The notes under the pieces are model-generated. The model was given only the letters and a program-made list of their open reading frames with translations. It was not told the origin of the DNA and searched no databases. A stretch of 64,000 nucleotides of DNA, from positions 19,902,001 through 19,966,000 of the forward strand of contig CM119372.1 in NCBI GenBank assembly GCA_051294905.1. Direction: 5' to 3'. This stretch comes from Botryllus schlosseri. Lineage: Eukaryota. The position numbers and the translations under genes are program-made. Shown here in pieces: positions 12,116 through 27,100 of this stretch; position 1 is the first letter of the stretch; each line of letters starts with the position of its first letter.

Positions 12116-15100
12116 CTGAAAATTGGAAATTGATTACGTATCATCGTCATCCCGAGGTGATCAGTAATGAAGTACTTTTACTTATATGGAGTCCTAAATC
12201 GTGTTTTCCCCAGTTGCACTATTTATTCGGGTGGTCAAGGTTTTAGACGACTTCCACTTCCACTTAAGTTTATCAGGCAAAACTACTTACTGTTTAGACT
12301 TTGTATTTTGTAAGGTAAAAATTAGTTTTCATATATATCTTTGTATCACTTTTATGACTGAAATTGTGATTAGAGCTGGGTGATAATGCCGCTGCATCGC
12401 TGTAACTGAATATTTTTGAAAATGGTACGGATATTTCTAGTGTCATTACTTATTAGTGGGGCGGTTTTTTTATGACATGTCAAAATTTGTCAAAATTTTG
12501 TCAAAATTGTAGCGTTAGGTCAAAACTTGTCAAAATTTTTCATGAAATTAAAAAAAATTTGACGTCTGCATTTTGTTTGTATCGTAGATTTAGCACTGTC
12601 GGTGAACTTATAATTTGATATTTTACCGCTTTCAGCCTATTTTATAGGCCTACCGTTGTAAACGGCTAATCGTCTGCTCATTGTGAATCATAAACGGTAA
12701 AAAAAACAAATAATAGGTAGACATGGTGTTATGGTCAACGTACCGCAATATCCTAACTGAAGAAAGACCTCTTGTGCATTGCATCATTCATATATAAGAA
12801 GCGCATGATGAAAAATTGTGATGTAGACAACGTTGTCAGAATGAAGCAACACGGTGTGCCACCAGCACCAGCAGTGTACGCACAACTTGAGTGTTGTCGG
12901 CCAACAACTGCTGCTGTTGAACGTCCTTGACAAGCTTCTTAGTAAGGACGTGCACTTTCTACCCAAGAATGTAGGAAAGCATCTCTCGTTGTACTACAAA
13001 ATATTTTAATTATTTCTACCATAATACATATTGTAACCACTGGAATTCTTCATAGGGCCAGATTTCGTTAAAATATTGTTTTTTTCATGTAAAAACATGC
13101 CTGTTTCTAAGCCAAAAACGTTTTTTCAGGCCAAACTACTTCGTTAGGACAGTCAGTTCAAACCAGAAATTAAGATAAGTGGTGCAATTTTAACATTATG
13201 TGGGAAAACACCTAATTTGCATACGTTAGGTCAAAATTTGGTCAAAATTCAGTTTTTTTAATGTCAAAAAAAGTCAAAATTTTGATTTTTCAGGTCAAAA
13301 TTGTCTTTTTTTCAGGTAAAAAAAAAACCGCCCTAGTTATTAGTCATTTTGCTTTAGTCGTGATGATGCTGCATGCAATTACGAAAGTATCCACCCGCGA
13401 TCAACAACGAAAAGTATGCCGCTCGACCAAATCTACTTTTTGAAACTACTTACTTATTGGTTTTTCAAAACTTTTTTTTCTATATCCACTTGAAGTAATT
13501 TTGACATGTGTTGGAAATCGCCGCTTATACTGCGGTTTACGGTGTTACATCTATTTCTACTTGCGAACCAGCGATGCCTACTTTGCCCCCTCTGTCGTCA
13601 TCGCTGATGGAAATATGGGCGAATGTGCAATTGTGCAGGCTTACCTTAATTCCGCGTTTCTTGATGTCCGCGAGGCCTTCCTGGAGACGGAACAAATCTG
13701 ACGTGCGACATCCATCAGTAGCGATGAGAATCTCGTGCTCGATGTTGTCGTCTTTTTCCGGGAAGCTCCTCATCCCTACCAGAGGGAATCGCAACAGCTT
13801 GTCACGGAGTCGCATTAACCCGGATTTATCTGATACTGGTATCTCTTAGTTTATCCGTCTCGTGCTAATCGGAATAAGATGCATCGATTCGACCACTCGA
13901 CATCTTGAATTTACGCGGAATGTGTGTGGCACAAGCTTTCAAACGGCCGCGAAGATTTTCACCATGTTTTTAAATGACGATTTCACCGGAGTGTCCGAAG
14001 CAGTGGCTGCTCCCCATAAGATTGGTTAGAGAGGCAATGATGAACGTCCATACGTGCCTTACGTTGTACTATTATTGGTTACTGGTCCACTGGGTTATAA
14101 CAACTTAAAAATTCGGGATATTGTGTATAGCGTTACAACAAAAGAATTTCAAACATATGCGACAAAAGTTAATTTGTTGAAGTCCATTTTCCGCTATCCG
14201 ACACTGCTGACAATCGATGCGTTCGCTGAGTCAGAGTATTGATTTTTGTTTGGCTTCACTTTGCAAATGATTATTCAGGTTAAGTCACGGATTTGGGGAA
14301 GAGTAGCCAACTGTACTCCAGAATAGATATTTACAAAAGCAGATACATCGGCCAACCTCATTCCCTCGATAAGTGACTTACCGGCCGATTGCTGGAAGAG
14401 CCATATGTTTGCTTCGGTAAGCGCGAGTCCAATGCGGGACCGGTAGCCACCAACGAAGTACGATTTATCAATAGCCGACTCAACATCGTCCACAGTGGAG
14501 TGATCGTCGAAATCAAATTGCATGCGACTGTACAACGCGAACGATGTCATGGCGATTTGAGACTCTTGAATTCCCACGCCACCTTTGATGTTCCTTGCCA
14601 CCGACTGAAAGGTGTTGATAAGCACCACAAGTTGAAATACTTTTAATTTGCAAGATATTATAATCAAGCAAAATATGACATGTACTAAAAGAGTATGTGA
14701 ACTCGACTATTAAAATTATATATCGAATAAAAGTTACTCAGAATTGCCGAGTATGCATTCGTATACATACCGATATCTATTTATCTATGAGTCCCTTTTC
14801 GTTTGCATGTGTAGATCAATGGCTAATAGCCGGGGTTCGCTGAGCCAGCCTCGGGGGCTGGGTGGAGGTCATGACACAAACCCATTCACATTGATTTTTA
14901 AGTACATATTTCAAGTATACACAGTTCAATTTATGCACCGGTAAGGTATGATGACGTATCAGATATCATAGATATTAGATATTAGATGCTAGGCCTACAG
15001 ATGTATAGATCAATCAATTAATCCATTACGTGTTTCCCAACCATATTCGTATAAACACATAAGCCATATCTATCTTTCAGACCTGGGCTTATTTATTGGG

Positions 15101-18100
15101 AACCACCATAGCGTACAGTACAAATCACTAATCAGGGAAACGACGCTTTCTGGTCAAAATTTGCTTTCAAACCCTTTCCAAATGGTGAAAATAGGTTGAT
15201 CACATCTGCCTCAAGTCCCAGCACCGATCAGCCGATCCCACTTACCTTGAAATTTGATTTAATCTTGTCAAAGTTTATCCGTCCTATGCTGCCCGATTCG
15301 TCCGCGATTAGCAGCAAGTCCCGCATGCTCGGCCTTCTCTTGTAACCCAGTACAGTGCCTACGAAGCGGCACACAAGCTCTTCGAAATAGACGCTGCTGC
15401 CCTCGCAAGCTGTAATTTCAGTTGAGGGAACTTTCGGTTACGGGCAATTGGCACTCGTTTCTCATACCCTTTTCTTCGTAAGGTAGAGCTTCGCTCGGAC
15501 ACGGTTCTCCAGCGCCCTCGGAACGAACGGTGACGGTTTGTCGCCTGCTTTGCACGCCGCCGAAACAACCGCTCCACTCGGTCCATTCCACGACGCAATC
15601 GATGCAAACTGAACAATGCGAGGATCAAAATTAACCTAACACAAAATGACTAATGTCATTGCAGATTAGTGCATTATTAGAAAATATATTCAGTTACCGA
15701 GATGCAGAGGCTATTTTTACAATTTCACTCATAACTGTGATGGAAATATATTGATGCATAAAAAAACCGTTCACGAAGATGTAGAAGTAGTGCAACACAA
15801 AACCCTTTGAGTAAGTAGTGCATATAGGAAGGCAAAACATATGCTTGAGTATAGTCCGAAAAGATAGAACTTCGTTACTGACCACCTCAGTGTATCGCGC
15901 ACTTTTGAAAGCGACCACGAACGATTGACTGACAATACCAGGTGAGGCGTTGCCCCTATCTACCTCTTGAATCAACTTACATTATCTTCCGGAGATGCTC
16001 GTTGTTGCTATCTGTTACCTCGCACTTACCCTCAAATTCAACCTGTGGTGGCGCGCACTCTCGTCCCGCTCCAACTCGTGCGATAATCTCAACTTGCGAC
16101 TTTTGTCTTTGTCCTTCTGCGCACTCCGACCAAGGACCCCATTCCATAACGCAGTCGACACATTCTGTCACAGACAAAGCAGATAAACGCGTTCAATATT
16201 TTGAACTCCAAATCATGTTCGGGATTCTATACTGAAATCCAAGTCCAAATAGACAATTAATTGCTAAAGAAATTAAAGCCATGCCCGAATGAGATAATGG
16301 CCGAAATATATTTATATGCCGCAAAAAAAATCGAAGATTTTAATAAATTTCATGTCATAGTCCAAACCAAATGTTCTAACGAAATAATCTTTCTTCTAAT
16401 TACTCGAGTATGTTTAGTCTATTTACACAAATTGTTGTTGTTTGAGGTATTCATGATGTTTGTTGACTGCTATGCTCATTTACACCAGGCAGTTTTTCTC
16501 ATTTTTATTCTGTAGATGCCCACTTTTAGGCTTTTATAAGACACCGTTTACACGGATGTGATGGCGAGGAGGAACCTAGATAAACCTGCAACTATTTTCA
16601 CAAGTATTCTGATTTTTGGCAATTTCCTTTTCTAAATCAATAGTGTTTTAGGCCAAACTAACGACTGATTGCGTTTCATATTTTTGTCATGTAGAAAGTA
16701 GTGTTGATTGTTCTTTTAATTAATCACCTTCCGATTCTAGTTGCAGACTTTCGCAGGCTTCGCCGGCTCCAACAGGTTGCACTACGACATACTGCTCGCG
16801 CGTCCTTTCGCCAGAATCGCATAGCGACCACGGCCTCCACTCAACCACGCAATCGACGCATGCTGCGCGGAAATAAAAGAATTGGCGTCACGGCGCGGAG
16901 TTCATCTCAGATATTTTACCTTCCGATTCGGTAGTTTCTTGGGGACATGGGTCACCAGCGCCGACGCTCTGCTGTGATATCACCAAACTCCTCTCTCTAA
17001 TTCCGTTCGAGCAAGTGCCCCAATCTCCCCAAGAACTTTCGCAGTGGAAACATTCTGCACGCAACAAAATACAAGGGGTTTGTCCCCTTGACACTGTGCT
17101 CCGTATTTATGCGCGTATCTCCCCCCCCCCTCCCGTGTATATAGGTCGAAAAAAGAGAAAATAACTAAAGCCTCATTGTAATATGCAGGCTTGTGTGTCA
17201 GCCATTTGCTATGAGTTGAGACGGTCAGCCTTTGTACTCGAGTACACGTAGAAGTAACGCCGTAAATTTCTACTAAGTTACAAGTATAAATATATATGCG
17301 ATTTGCAGGAATGTCAAAGCTACTTCAATTTAAGGTCTGAAAACTGCTCCAGTTAGCAGTTTCAAAAAGTAGCTTTGGTCGAAGGGTCGCGTATACTTTT
17401 AGTAGTTAATCGGCTGTGGCTATACTCTCCAAACTGAAGGATGCAGCTTCTTATGGCAATTTCACTCATAAATGCGATGCGAACTTATCCTCAAACAACT
17501 TTCTACTTAAGTAAGTAGCTTTCCCTAAAAATGTTCCATCACAAGCGGAAGCATTTTAAATACATAACCACTTAAGTAGTCACTGCATGTTGGCCAAACT
17601 TATAATTGATTACTCTGAAAAAGTAAAAGTACTTCGTTACTGACCACCTCTGGAATATAGGCCTATACTTTGATAAGTGCTCTCACGTATGGAATATACG
17701 TATGGTGTGCCTTTTCTTCCCTTGAACTCATCATGATTAAGTATTACCGAGCCAAATGATGCAATTTTCATGTCAAGTATAATGTACCGAATTACAAATG
17801 CTATAGTCGATTTTCCTATACCGTGGTGGTTCTGTTGCAAATCACCCGACATAACCTGCGATAGCCGTAGGCACCTCCATGTACGAATACGCAAAGGTCG
17901 ATTTACGATTCAACTCAACAGGATACAGGGAATATGCACGCGGTTTGTGTGTTTAGATTCCAATATGCAAATACAGAAACCACGGAAACATTTTATCAGC
18001 CCTGCCAGTTCATTTATTGTTGCGATAATCTCTAGGTATTGTTCAGGGACAACCCACTCGATGATTAATTTACCATGGGTACAATTACCTTCTACTTCCA

Positions 18101-21100
18101 CCTGCAATAACTCAGGACAAGCCAACCCAGCACCAATCGAGTCCTCAACTATCTCTTGCTGTCGAATCCTTTCCCCTTGCGAGCATTCGCCCCATGCACC
18201 CCATCCTACCACGCAGTCCGCACAATCTAAAGAGAATGATAGACACAATATATGACGGTATGTATTGCTTGTGTAGATAGCCTGACAAATCTAATCGATG
18301 TTTTGCATTGATTAGATTATATAGCAGCATGAAAGGTACGAGGTGCATACTGCATATACTCGCTCAAAACTTCCAAGTATCACTTCAGCAAGCTATCAGG
18401 ATTTGCATAATAGCAAAGGCATCGTGCAGTATCTTACCACCCCTAGAAAATACGGAGGTACAGAAAAACCAACCAATCACAAGTTTGTTTCCCCACCGGG
18501 AGCGATATCACCTAATGACGTCACTCTTTGAACTAATGACTTCGATTATCGCAGGGTCAGCGAACTCGTTCGTCTAATCTGGGGAAGTTGGTTAAACACT
18601 GCCGCCACGACACCAATGGTCGATGGTTCGAGTCTCGGCTCAGCCATGTTTCTATGTGTCGGAGGTTTATCTGGGCTCCTCATCGCCGATCCCGCTGTAA
18701 TTACAGTGCCTTGAAAAGCCCAGAGGAGGAGAGAGCCGAACTCATGAAAGAAGGCAGCAAACGACCAGGAAAAGGACGCAAGAGAAAAGCGAAGAAATAC
18801 CTTATGAAATTTACTGTGCGGGACCGAATGACCGAAGTGTTTACAAGCGCCAATTATTTCAATAAAACAAACAAACAAACATATAACTTTCATTCTAGAA
18901 AAAAAGTGACTTTCTTGTTTGTTTGGTGGTATTCACGGTGTTTTCAACTACAATGATCATTCAGAAAAGGCGATATTTTTTATTATGATTCTGTATTGGT
19001 CTACTTGCAGCAAAGCCCACTTATACTTCTAGAATTTTTTAAAGCACCACTCACGCAGATAACATCGTTCCTAATGTCGCCACTGGCTCCGGATCTGACC
19101 CGGAATTTCTTAAATTCGACGATTCTGAGAGAAGGCCACAGCGCCTTTCCTAACCCTATAGACACCGCCAGTGCTAACAGCGGTTACTTCATTTCGCAAG
19201 GCTGCCTGACTCGCATGCATGAGAATGGATTCGGGCATAGACGACTGAATTTGCAGATATTCGCTGGATTCGAAACAAACAATCGGACACGGCGATTGGG
19301 GTACTTGAATAATTTGTGTGGGTGTGGGTTTGAACGTTGAATGTCGTACTAAAAAGAGGTGCGATTGGCGTGGCCATGACGACAAAGGCGCCGATGGTAT
19401 ATCCCACAATTATTGAATTTGGCATTGTACCGTCATATTGTTCAACACGTCACAATGCAGCAATGGCGTTAATCGCCTGTGGCTACTTTGCAAATGGAAG
19501 GATGTATCTTTTTATGACAATTTCACTCGTACAAGCGATCAAAACTTATCACAAAACTCGTTTCAATATCCAAATCCTAAAATCTAGGTAGTTTTGCTGA
19601 TAAAATGTGTTAAGTAGAAGTGGAAGTACTCTTGTTTGTTTGTTTGTGGTATTCATGGTGTTTGTCGACTACTATGGTCTGGTCATGTACACCAGGCAAC
19701 GTGAGTAAGTACTGGAATAATCTGAAAAAGTATAAATACTGCGTTACTAGCCCCCTCTGCGTCCATGCCGCAGACCTGGCTCATATTATGGTGAAAATTT
19801 ATAAAATTTACTTACAATCCATTTCCTCTCCGAGATCGGGACACGGTTCTCCGCCCGAACCAGGGTCTTTCACAAACTGCGTGCGTTTGATCATATTGTT
19901 CTCGCAAGCGCTCCAGTTGCCCCATTCGACCGCACAATCGCTACAGTCTGAAAAAGTACATCTTTTAAGCTCCTTCAAGTTTTCTTTCGCAACCGCCGAG
20001 CATATACCTTCGAACTCAACTTCCGGTACACGACAGGTCTCGCCTTCCGGCTGTGTTAGGACTTGCTCACTTCTCTCTCGCTGTCCGTCCACGCACTTGC
20101 TCCATTCACCCCAGAAGAGGAAGCAGCAGTCTGAAATGATCAGGCTGGTGATTTATTGTCTTGTGTCGGTCGGCGACGCGTTTTGTGCATTCTAATTCTT
20201 TAGAGTCCGGAATAACACAACAAGAACAATATAAGTAGTTATGAATAAACTAGTATACCCTCTTTATTTCAATATATACAGAGTATAGAGCTGTGCTTGC
20301 AAACGTTGTTACACAAAGCCCCTATAACCCTAACCCCGGCAAAAAGTTTCCTTGTGCCAACTTTGGGAACCACGGGTACAAAGTGATAGATTATATTCAA
20401 ATTAAACTTACAAAATGCCGGTATATCAACAATTTACCGTCGGTTATACCTCTAGGTACGCAAATAAGATGAGCTCATGACGGATTTTCTTTCTAAAATT
20501 CTGTTCGAAGTCGCATTTTCGGTACAGTAAATCTGATAGCGAACTAAGTACGACCGGCCAAAGTCAGCATCAAAATCTAAAACCTCGAACGTTATGTTGT
20601 TTTTGTAAATATATCGGTTGGCGCGACGCACGATCATTTCACGACAACCCTTTGCGTGAGCACATTTTCATATCCCTTTCGATGTAAAGGACGGCCACTT
20701 TTACGTAGGGCCTTTATAAGACTCTATCTACTCAGCTGAGGTATGAATTTGTAATGGGAAGCTTACAGAATACTTACGCTGACATTGGTCATATGCAAAG
20801 GCGCATAGACGGGAAGAATTTCAGTATGGGTGATCTTTTTTAAATAATGAAGCAAAGCCAAGATTATTCATCGAGACGAAGTGAAAACTATTGATGTCAA
20901 AATACCCAAGTCAAAATTTGCCGGATGCAATCCAGAGTTGGATCAATTACAATAATTCAGTTCAATTGCAATTACTCCCTTGTATGTTTCAATTACATTA
21001 CAATTACAATTACTGTTAAACATGTAATTAATTACAATTGCAATTACAATTACTGTTAAACATGTAATTGATGCGGTAGAGAGGTGTTCTTTGACAACCG

Positions 21101-24100
21101 TAGCGACGTAATTAGCAACAATCTCAAGCTATGCATGTCTCATTCATGATACGTAGAATACCCTTTATTCAAAAAAAACTCGAACGTATTCGAACTATTC
21201 CTAATCATGAGTACTGAAAACTTCAAACACAGAAAAATGTTTCAAGGGACTGTTGAAAACCAAAAGTTTGAGCGACTAACAGCGAATAGGCTGCAGGACA
21301 GTCAATGAAATGTAATCAAACGATTAGGCTACTCAGAGCTGAGTGAGGATAATGAACTGTAATTGGTAAGGCGTCAGCGCAAGGATGATACCGATAAGGT
21401 GTGTAAAATTAAAATAAATGCTAAAGGAAAGAACCTCCTGATAAATACGAATTACAACATTTTGGTTCGCATTTACATTTTCACTTGCTCGGAAACCGTT
21501 AGATTGCATTTGATGAACATTAGGGTGCGAAAATTTCTGGCCCCAGTAAATTTGGCCAAGATTGGAGGTAAGATTGGGATATAATCTCTACAAATGCGTG
21601 ATCAACTTGAATGTCTTTTTGCAAGTGTTGAACGCAGCAAGCCTCGATACTGGTTAGAGATATTAAAAAAAAAAACTGACCGTGGTTTAGGAAATGGTTC
21701 AGCACAGGTTTCAAAAGAGTTTATTTGCTGTTCATTCATTTTTTAAATATTAATATTTAGTTTAGCCCACTGGTTACCTAACTTTTTTAGACACGCCTCC
21801 CTTTATGACAGAGAAATATTTCGTGCCCCCCTTATCGTCATATCACAGAATGAAACCAGAATGTTAGCAATCCTAACAGCTAGTTTGATGGTATGGAAGG
21901 TTATGACTGTTGATGAGAGAATTCTCTAATATGAAATTCGGACTATACACAAAGCAATAACTATGAAATGGAGGTGAATCGCGCCAAGCGCGGAAAAAAT
22001 TTCAGTTTACCGGAGCTTCGCGCCCCCTTCAGATGCTTTCACGCCGCCCAATGGGGGCAAACCGTCCACGGGAGTACGCCATCCAGTTTGAGAAACCCTG
22101 GTTTAGCCTATATTGTAATTCACAAAGTTTTCTGTTGCTACTGAAGTATGGGAAACAGTTTAGCATTTCTGAATTATCTAGTTATAACGCGGCACGCATA
22201 GAACACCGATGTAAATAGGCTAATTATTACAGGTGGCGAATGTGTACCAAGGCCTTGCGGCCCCTCGTCGTCATCCTGGTCCGTACCGGATTTTCACTTG
22301 TGTGACGAATAAATGATTGATTATTTTATGTTATGATTGTCAGGATTCCACAACCATGTAATTGAAATTGTAATGGAGCAAAATTTTTAGCAAATTACAA
22401 TTACAATTACAGAAAATAGAAATGCTTCAATTACAATTACAATTAAATTACATGAAAAAATGTAATTAATTACATTCAGCTCAATTACAAATTACAATTG
22501 ATCCAACTCAGTTGCAATCCCGTCTATTGGCTCCCTGATATCGCTACTGAATATCCCACAAGTCTAGGCCGTTCGATGTAATCATTTCAACTACACGGAG
22601 ACCTACCTTTTTTCTCCGTGGTTTGAGAAGGACAGGCTTTGCCCGACCCCACTGGCTCACTTTGCTTGATCAACGTGCGAGTGCTACCACCGAAGTCACA
22701 CTCACTCCAATCCGACCATCCGTAAACGCAGTCCGCGCAAGCTGTACAACAAGGGTTGATCACGCGTAAAAGATACAGATGACACGTAAACGAAGGCAGT
22801 GTAAGCACCTTCGGACTCCTCTTCTAGCGGCGGGCAAGGATCCTCTTGTACCGGCTGTTGAATGATTCGCTGGCGTCTTGTGCGTTCAGTTCCGTCACAT
22901 TCACTCCATTCCGCCCAGCCGAGTACACACACGGCGCACGCTGCATATGAGCGAATTATAACGGGCGGAATGTACAAAACATCGATACATAGGTTAATTT
23001 ACTAGGTAGAAGAGGTCGGTAGTAACTAATTATAGTTATTCTATTTTCGATTACTGGAGTAGGCTACGTCTTGCAATACTACCCTACATTTTTCCTACTT
23101 TGCACCAACTCAATTGGATATATTATTTGACTACTTCCGGGTCGACTTAACAGGTTTTTCATGATGTTGATTTGAAAAGTATAAAAAGGAGTTGGGGTGT
23201 GTCTGCATGAGTTTTATCAGTGAAATCGTAATAAGAACTGAGCGAAATAGTCCCAGTATCAGGGTAACTGAGTATGTTTGCGAAAATCACACCTATTTGT
23301 AGTGTCATTGGTCATTTTGCGTTAGTCGCAAAGATCAGAGGTGACCAAAGTAATCAAGAAAGCTACTCAAGTAGAAGTAAAAGTAGCGACGGAAAAATCC
23401 GCTCAAATACGAGTAGAAGTACTTCTTCCATAAAGAACCTAAAACTACTTGAAGTCGAAGTAGAATTGACTGACTTCAAATCTACTCAAGTAAGTAAGTA
23501 GTTGTGAAAACGATCGTAATTCGTTCGCAGGGATTGTCAAAATCTGCAAATGGAGCTACGAGAAAGGTGCAGAGCTTGATTCATATTAATGCATACCAGG
23601 AGGTTTCCAATTTTCGACAGCATAAGCGTTCGTCCGCATGATGCGATGAAAATGATAGTATTGATATGGAAACGCGATATACTAATCCTCTGTTTTCTCG
23701 AACAGCACGTTTTGAAAAATATCATAGTATGGCACCCTCCCCCATATTATAAGGCACGTAGTTTAGTCGAAGAGCAATACGGAGAAGTTGTATCGGATAC
23801 GGTGTAAACACTTCGCGCGATTAGTAAACGTTAATAGAAAATATGGTGAATCGTAAAAATGCCATATTGTGTAGCTTTATTTGGGAAAATTAAAGGCAGA
23901 ACTATACACTTCCTTTTATACTTAAACATGTATGTTCTCCAGACAAAAGAACTGATACTGATTAGAACTCAAAATACGATACTGGGAATTGAAAGTGAAA
24001 TAGAAATACTGTACTTCGAAAAACGGAAAATGTATTTCATGTCTTTAGTTCAGAAAGTTTCAAAGGTTGTATGCTAAACAGATTCAAAGCTTAAAAAAAG

Positions 24101-27100
24101 TCCGAGCCCACTGTTCCAGATAAGGACACGCCATGGACTGCTAGACTACGATATGATAAGTAAATGCTAGATTGCAAAACATCAGTTTCAAACGTTATGA
24201 TGGGCCATATATACTGTGATGAAATATTTCGTATGGGCGACAATGCGGTGCGAACGGAGCCATACAACCCGCTTCCTAAATTATATTCACCGATACTTTC
24301 AGGATATCATATTGTTGACTATATATGTACTGTGCGCGAAGCGCGGCGAAAATTCGAGGCTTTACTCAACTTTTATAAAAATTAAATGTTGATACTCCGT
24401 GAAAACAGCTCCGAAATTCCTCAGGCTATCTTCCTGATTGGAGGATTAGACTACTTCTACTTGACAAACTGAAAGTAGCGAAAAGTAAGTAAGTAGATCA
24501 CAAAATGTTATGAAGTAGAAGTAAAAGTAGCAAAAAAATAGTTCTACTTGAGTAAGTACTAGAAGTAGATGAAAACTACTTGAGTACTTCAAAAAGTAGA
24601 AGTACTTCGTTACTGACCACCTCTGGCAAATATACATCTTGCAATTTTTGAAAGTATATATCATCAAGTAGGAATTGAAAAACATGTGGAAACTTTTCCA
24701 AGGATAAATAGAAATTGGACATCATAAATGTACTCAAGTAATTAGTTTTGGTCAAAGGTTCGCATACTTTTAGCAGTTAATCGGAAGTGGCAAATTTCGA
24801 AATTGCAAGGTGCATCTACGCGACCAATGCAAAATGACCAATGGCACTACAAATACGTGTAATTTTCGAGAATACCGTGACGCAGGGGCTCTTTCGATCA
24901 GTTGTCATGAGGATCACAATCATAAATGTGATGCAAATATATCCCCAATCGGCGATCTACTTTACACAATCCAAAGTCTACAAAGTAGATTTGCATAAAA
25001 TGCTATTAAGTAGAAGCAACGGTGGTTTAAAATATAACCACTCAATAAGTAGTATAATTAGGCAAAACGTTCTTGAGTATTCGTAAGACGTAGCATTACT
25101 TCGTTTCTGACCACCACTGCGCGTCACACGCATAATCATACCCCTGTAGTCGTCTTGCGGTGCCTCACATTCCTCTCCTGCCCCTTCCTTTTCCACTGCA
25201 ACGAACTGCACCCGTCGTGATAAACCATCGATGCAAGATTCCCAGTCGCCCCATTCCAATTCGCAATCCACGCAAACTAAAACAGGAACAAGCTTTTCAC
25301 AACGGAAACGAGGCGAGATCGGTTACGGCGACTTGTGATCAGACGTGGTCATAGCAGTCGTTGTTGTTACACTTTACACAAGTATATATTTAGAAGTAGT
25401 GACGTGAATTTGTACGCAATCACAAGCAGGCGTCGCGAATTTCGAGGCCTGCCAAGAATCCTTCCAGAAGAAGAAGAAAACGAAAGGTCCAAAATGCATT
25501 GAAGTATAGGTAGAAGTAATTAAGGACTTAGCATCGCCCACTTTTGGGCAGAAGGGCCAATGGATACATGAATAGGGGCGATGATTAAAATCATAATCCG
25601 TCACCGGGATACAGGATTATGCGTACGGTCGTAAGTGGTAGTAACGCCTTAAATTTATACTCAATAACAAGCAGAAGTAACGGAAGTGATACAAGTAGTC
25701 CCGAAACTACATTCCACTTTTCGAAATCAAGGGTGTTAAAAGAAAGTAAATTTGCCATTAAGGGTTCAAATGGAAATGGATGTAGGCAAAACGTGCGTGA
25801 GTATTCCGAAAAAATAGAAGTAATCTCTATAGTGCAGGGGTGTCAAACTCAAATCGCTCGCGGGCTAGACCAGTCAACTGATTCCAAAATGTTACCTCAT
25901 GCTCTTGCTTTTCACTTGAATACCTTATAAGCATATATAGACAAGATACGGATCATCGGGTTTTAAAGTAGCTAGTCGCAACATCTTTATTCGCGAACAA
26001 TGGAATTGGCAAAAATACGATGCTTGTCTGCTTGAAGACAGTCAAGAACCGCTAAAACAGTGGCGTTAACGACGATATAAGTTGATATGTTCTATACTCC
26101 AGTGGTAATCTGGCGTTAGCCCAGCATATGCGTTGTGAGGAATACAATATATTTAATTGGAGACGCGGACGTTGGTATATTGTTTATTATTATTAAACCG
26201 AGAGTCCGGTTTATCTCGTGTCTGTCGCTATACTGCAGTGGTTCTCCACCGTTTTGTCTTTGCGGACCCCTTTTGCACGATCACGGACCACGGCGGACCC
26301 CTCCAAGTTTTAGTAAACATTTTGCTCAATTATCGTGTAACTGTCATCTGTCCAGTAAAAATACTAACTGTAGGGTAGTGATAAAAAACAATTAAATGAC
26401 TTTCTTGAAAATAACATCACATTATTTATGTCGAAATTGGGAAGACTTCAATTATTTCAAAGCGAATTCTGTAGATGCATTTCTTGAAATAAGCGGTCGT
26501 GTCTTGAAAATCTGATTCGATATGAACGAGTGTGTGAATGTGGTGATAAATATAGGAATTTTTCATTTTACTCAGAATTGCTTCGCGGGCCGCATGAAAT
26601 CGTCTGCCGGGACGGATGCGGCCCGCGGGCCGTATGTTTGACACTACTGCTGTAGTGGCACCTGATATCGCAATTATGATGCGGAAGATTGTTATTCCCG
26701 GAAAGTTTCAAAAATGGATGTTTTTGGATATTGCAGAAAGTGCTGTTTTGAGGTGTGTTGTTTATCGCTCTTCCGTTGGATTGAGCGGGGTCTGGCGATT
26801 TTCGACATCTTCCCAAGACCACCTTATTTTTATGACAATTTATGTTTATTGATACAATGTTCACTGTACGCACATACATTTTGCGCCAACATACAACGAC
26901 AGTAAATCAAGGGGTGATCATTTGGCTTACGAATTCCCATACCTTCAGATTCTTGCTGCAATGGTGGGCAAGCATCACCGTTACCAACTTGCGGTGTAGC
27001 GACGACTTGTTGCCTGGTTCTGAGACCATCTTTGCAACCGGACCATTGAGACCATTCCACGACACAGTGGGCGCATTCTGCAAAAAAAAGGACGGTGACT

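Noticed and set aside
18588-18956. ORF with a basic NLS-like stretch (KRPGKGRKRKAKK)
   Set aside because: It is a translation of the purine-rich body of a SINE.
17770-20195. Long plus-strand ORFs (17770-18255, 19620-20195; also 11831-12115, 13508-13849, 14389-14646)
   Set aside because: They are antisense shadows of real minus-strand exons with no independent motifs.
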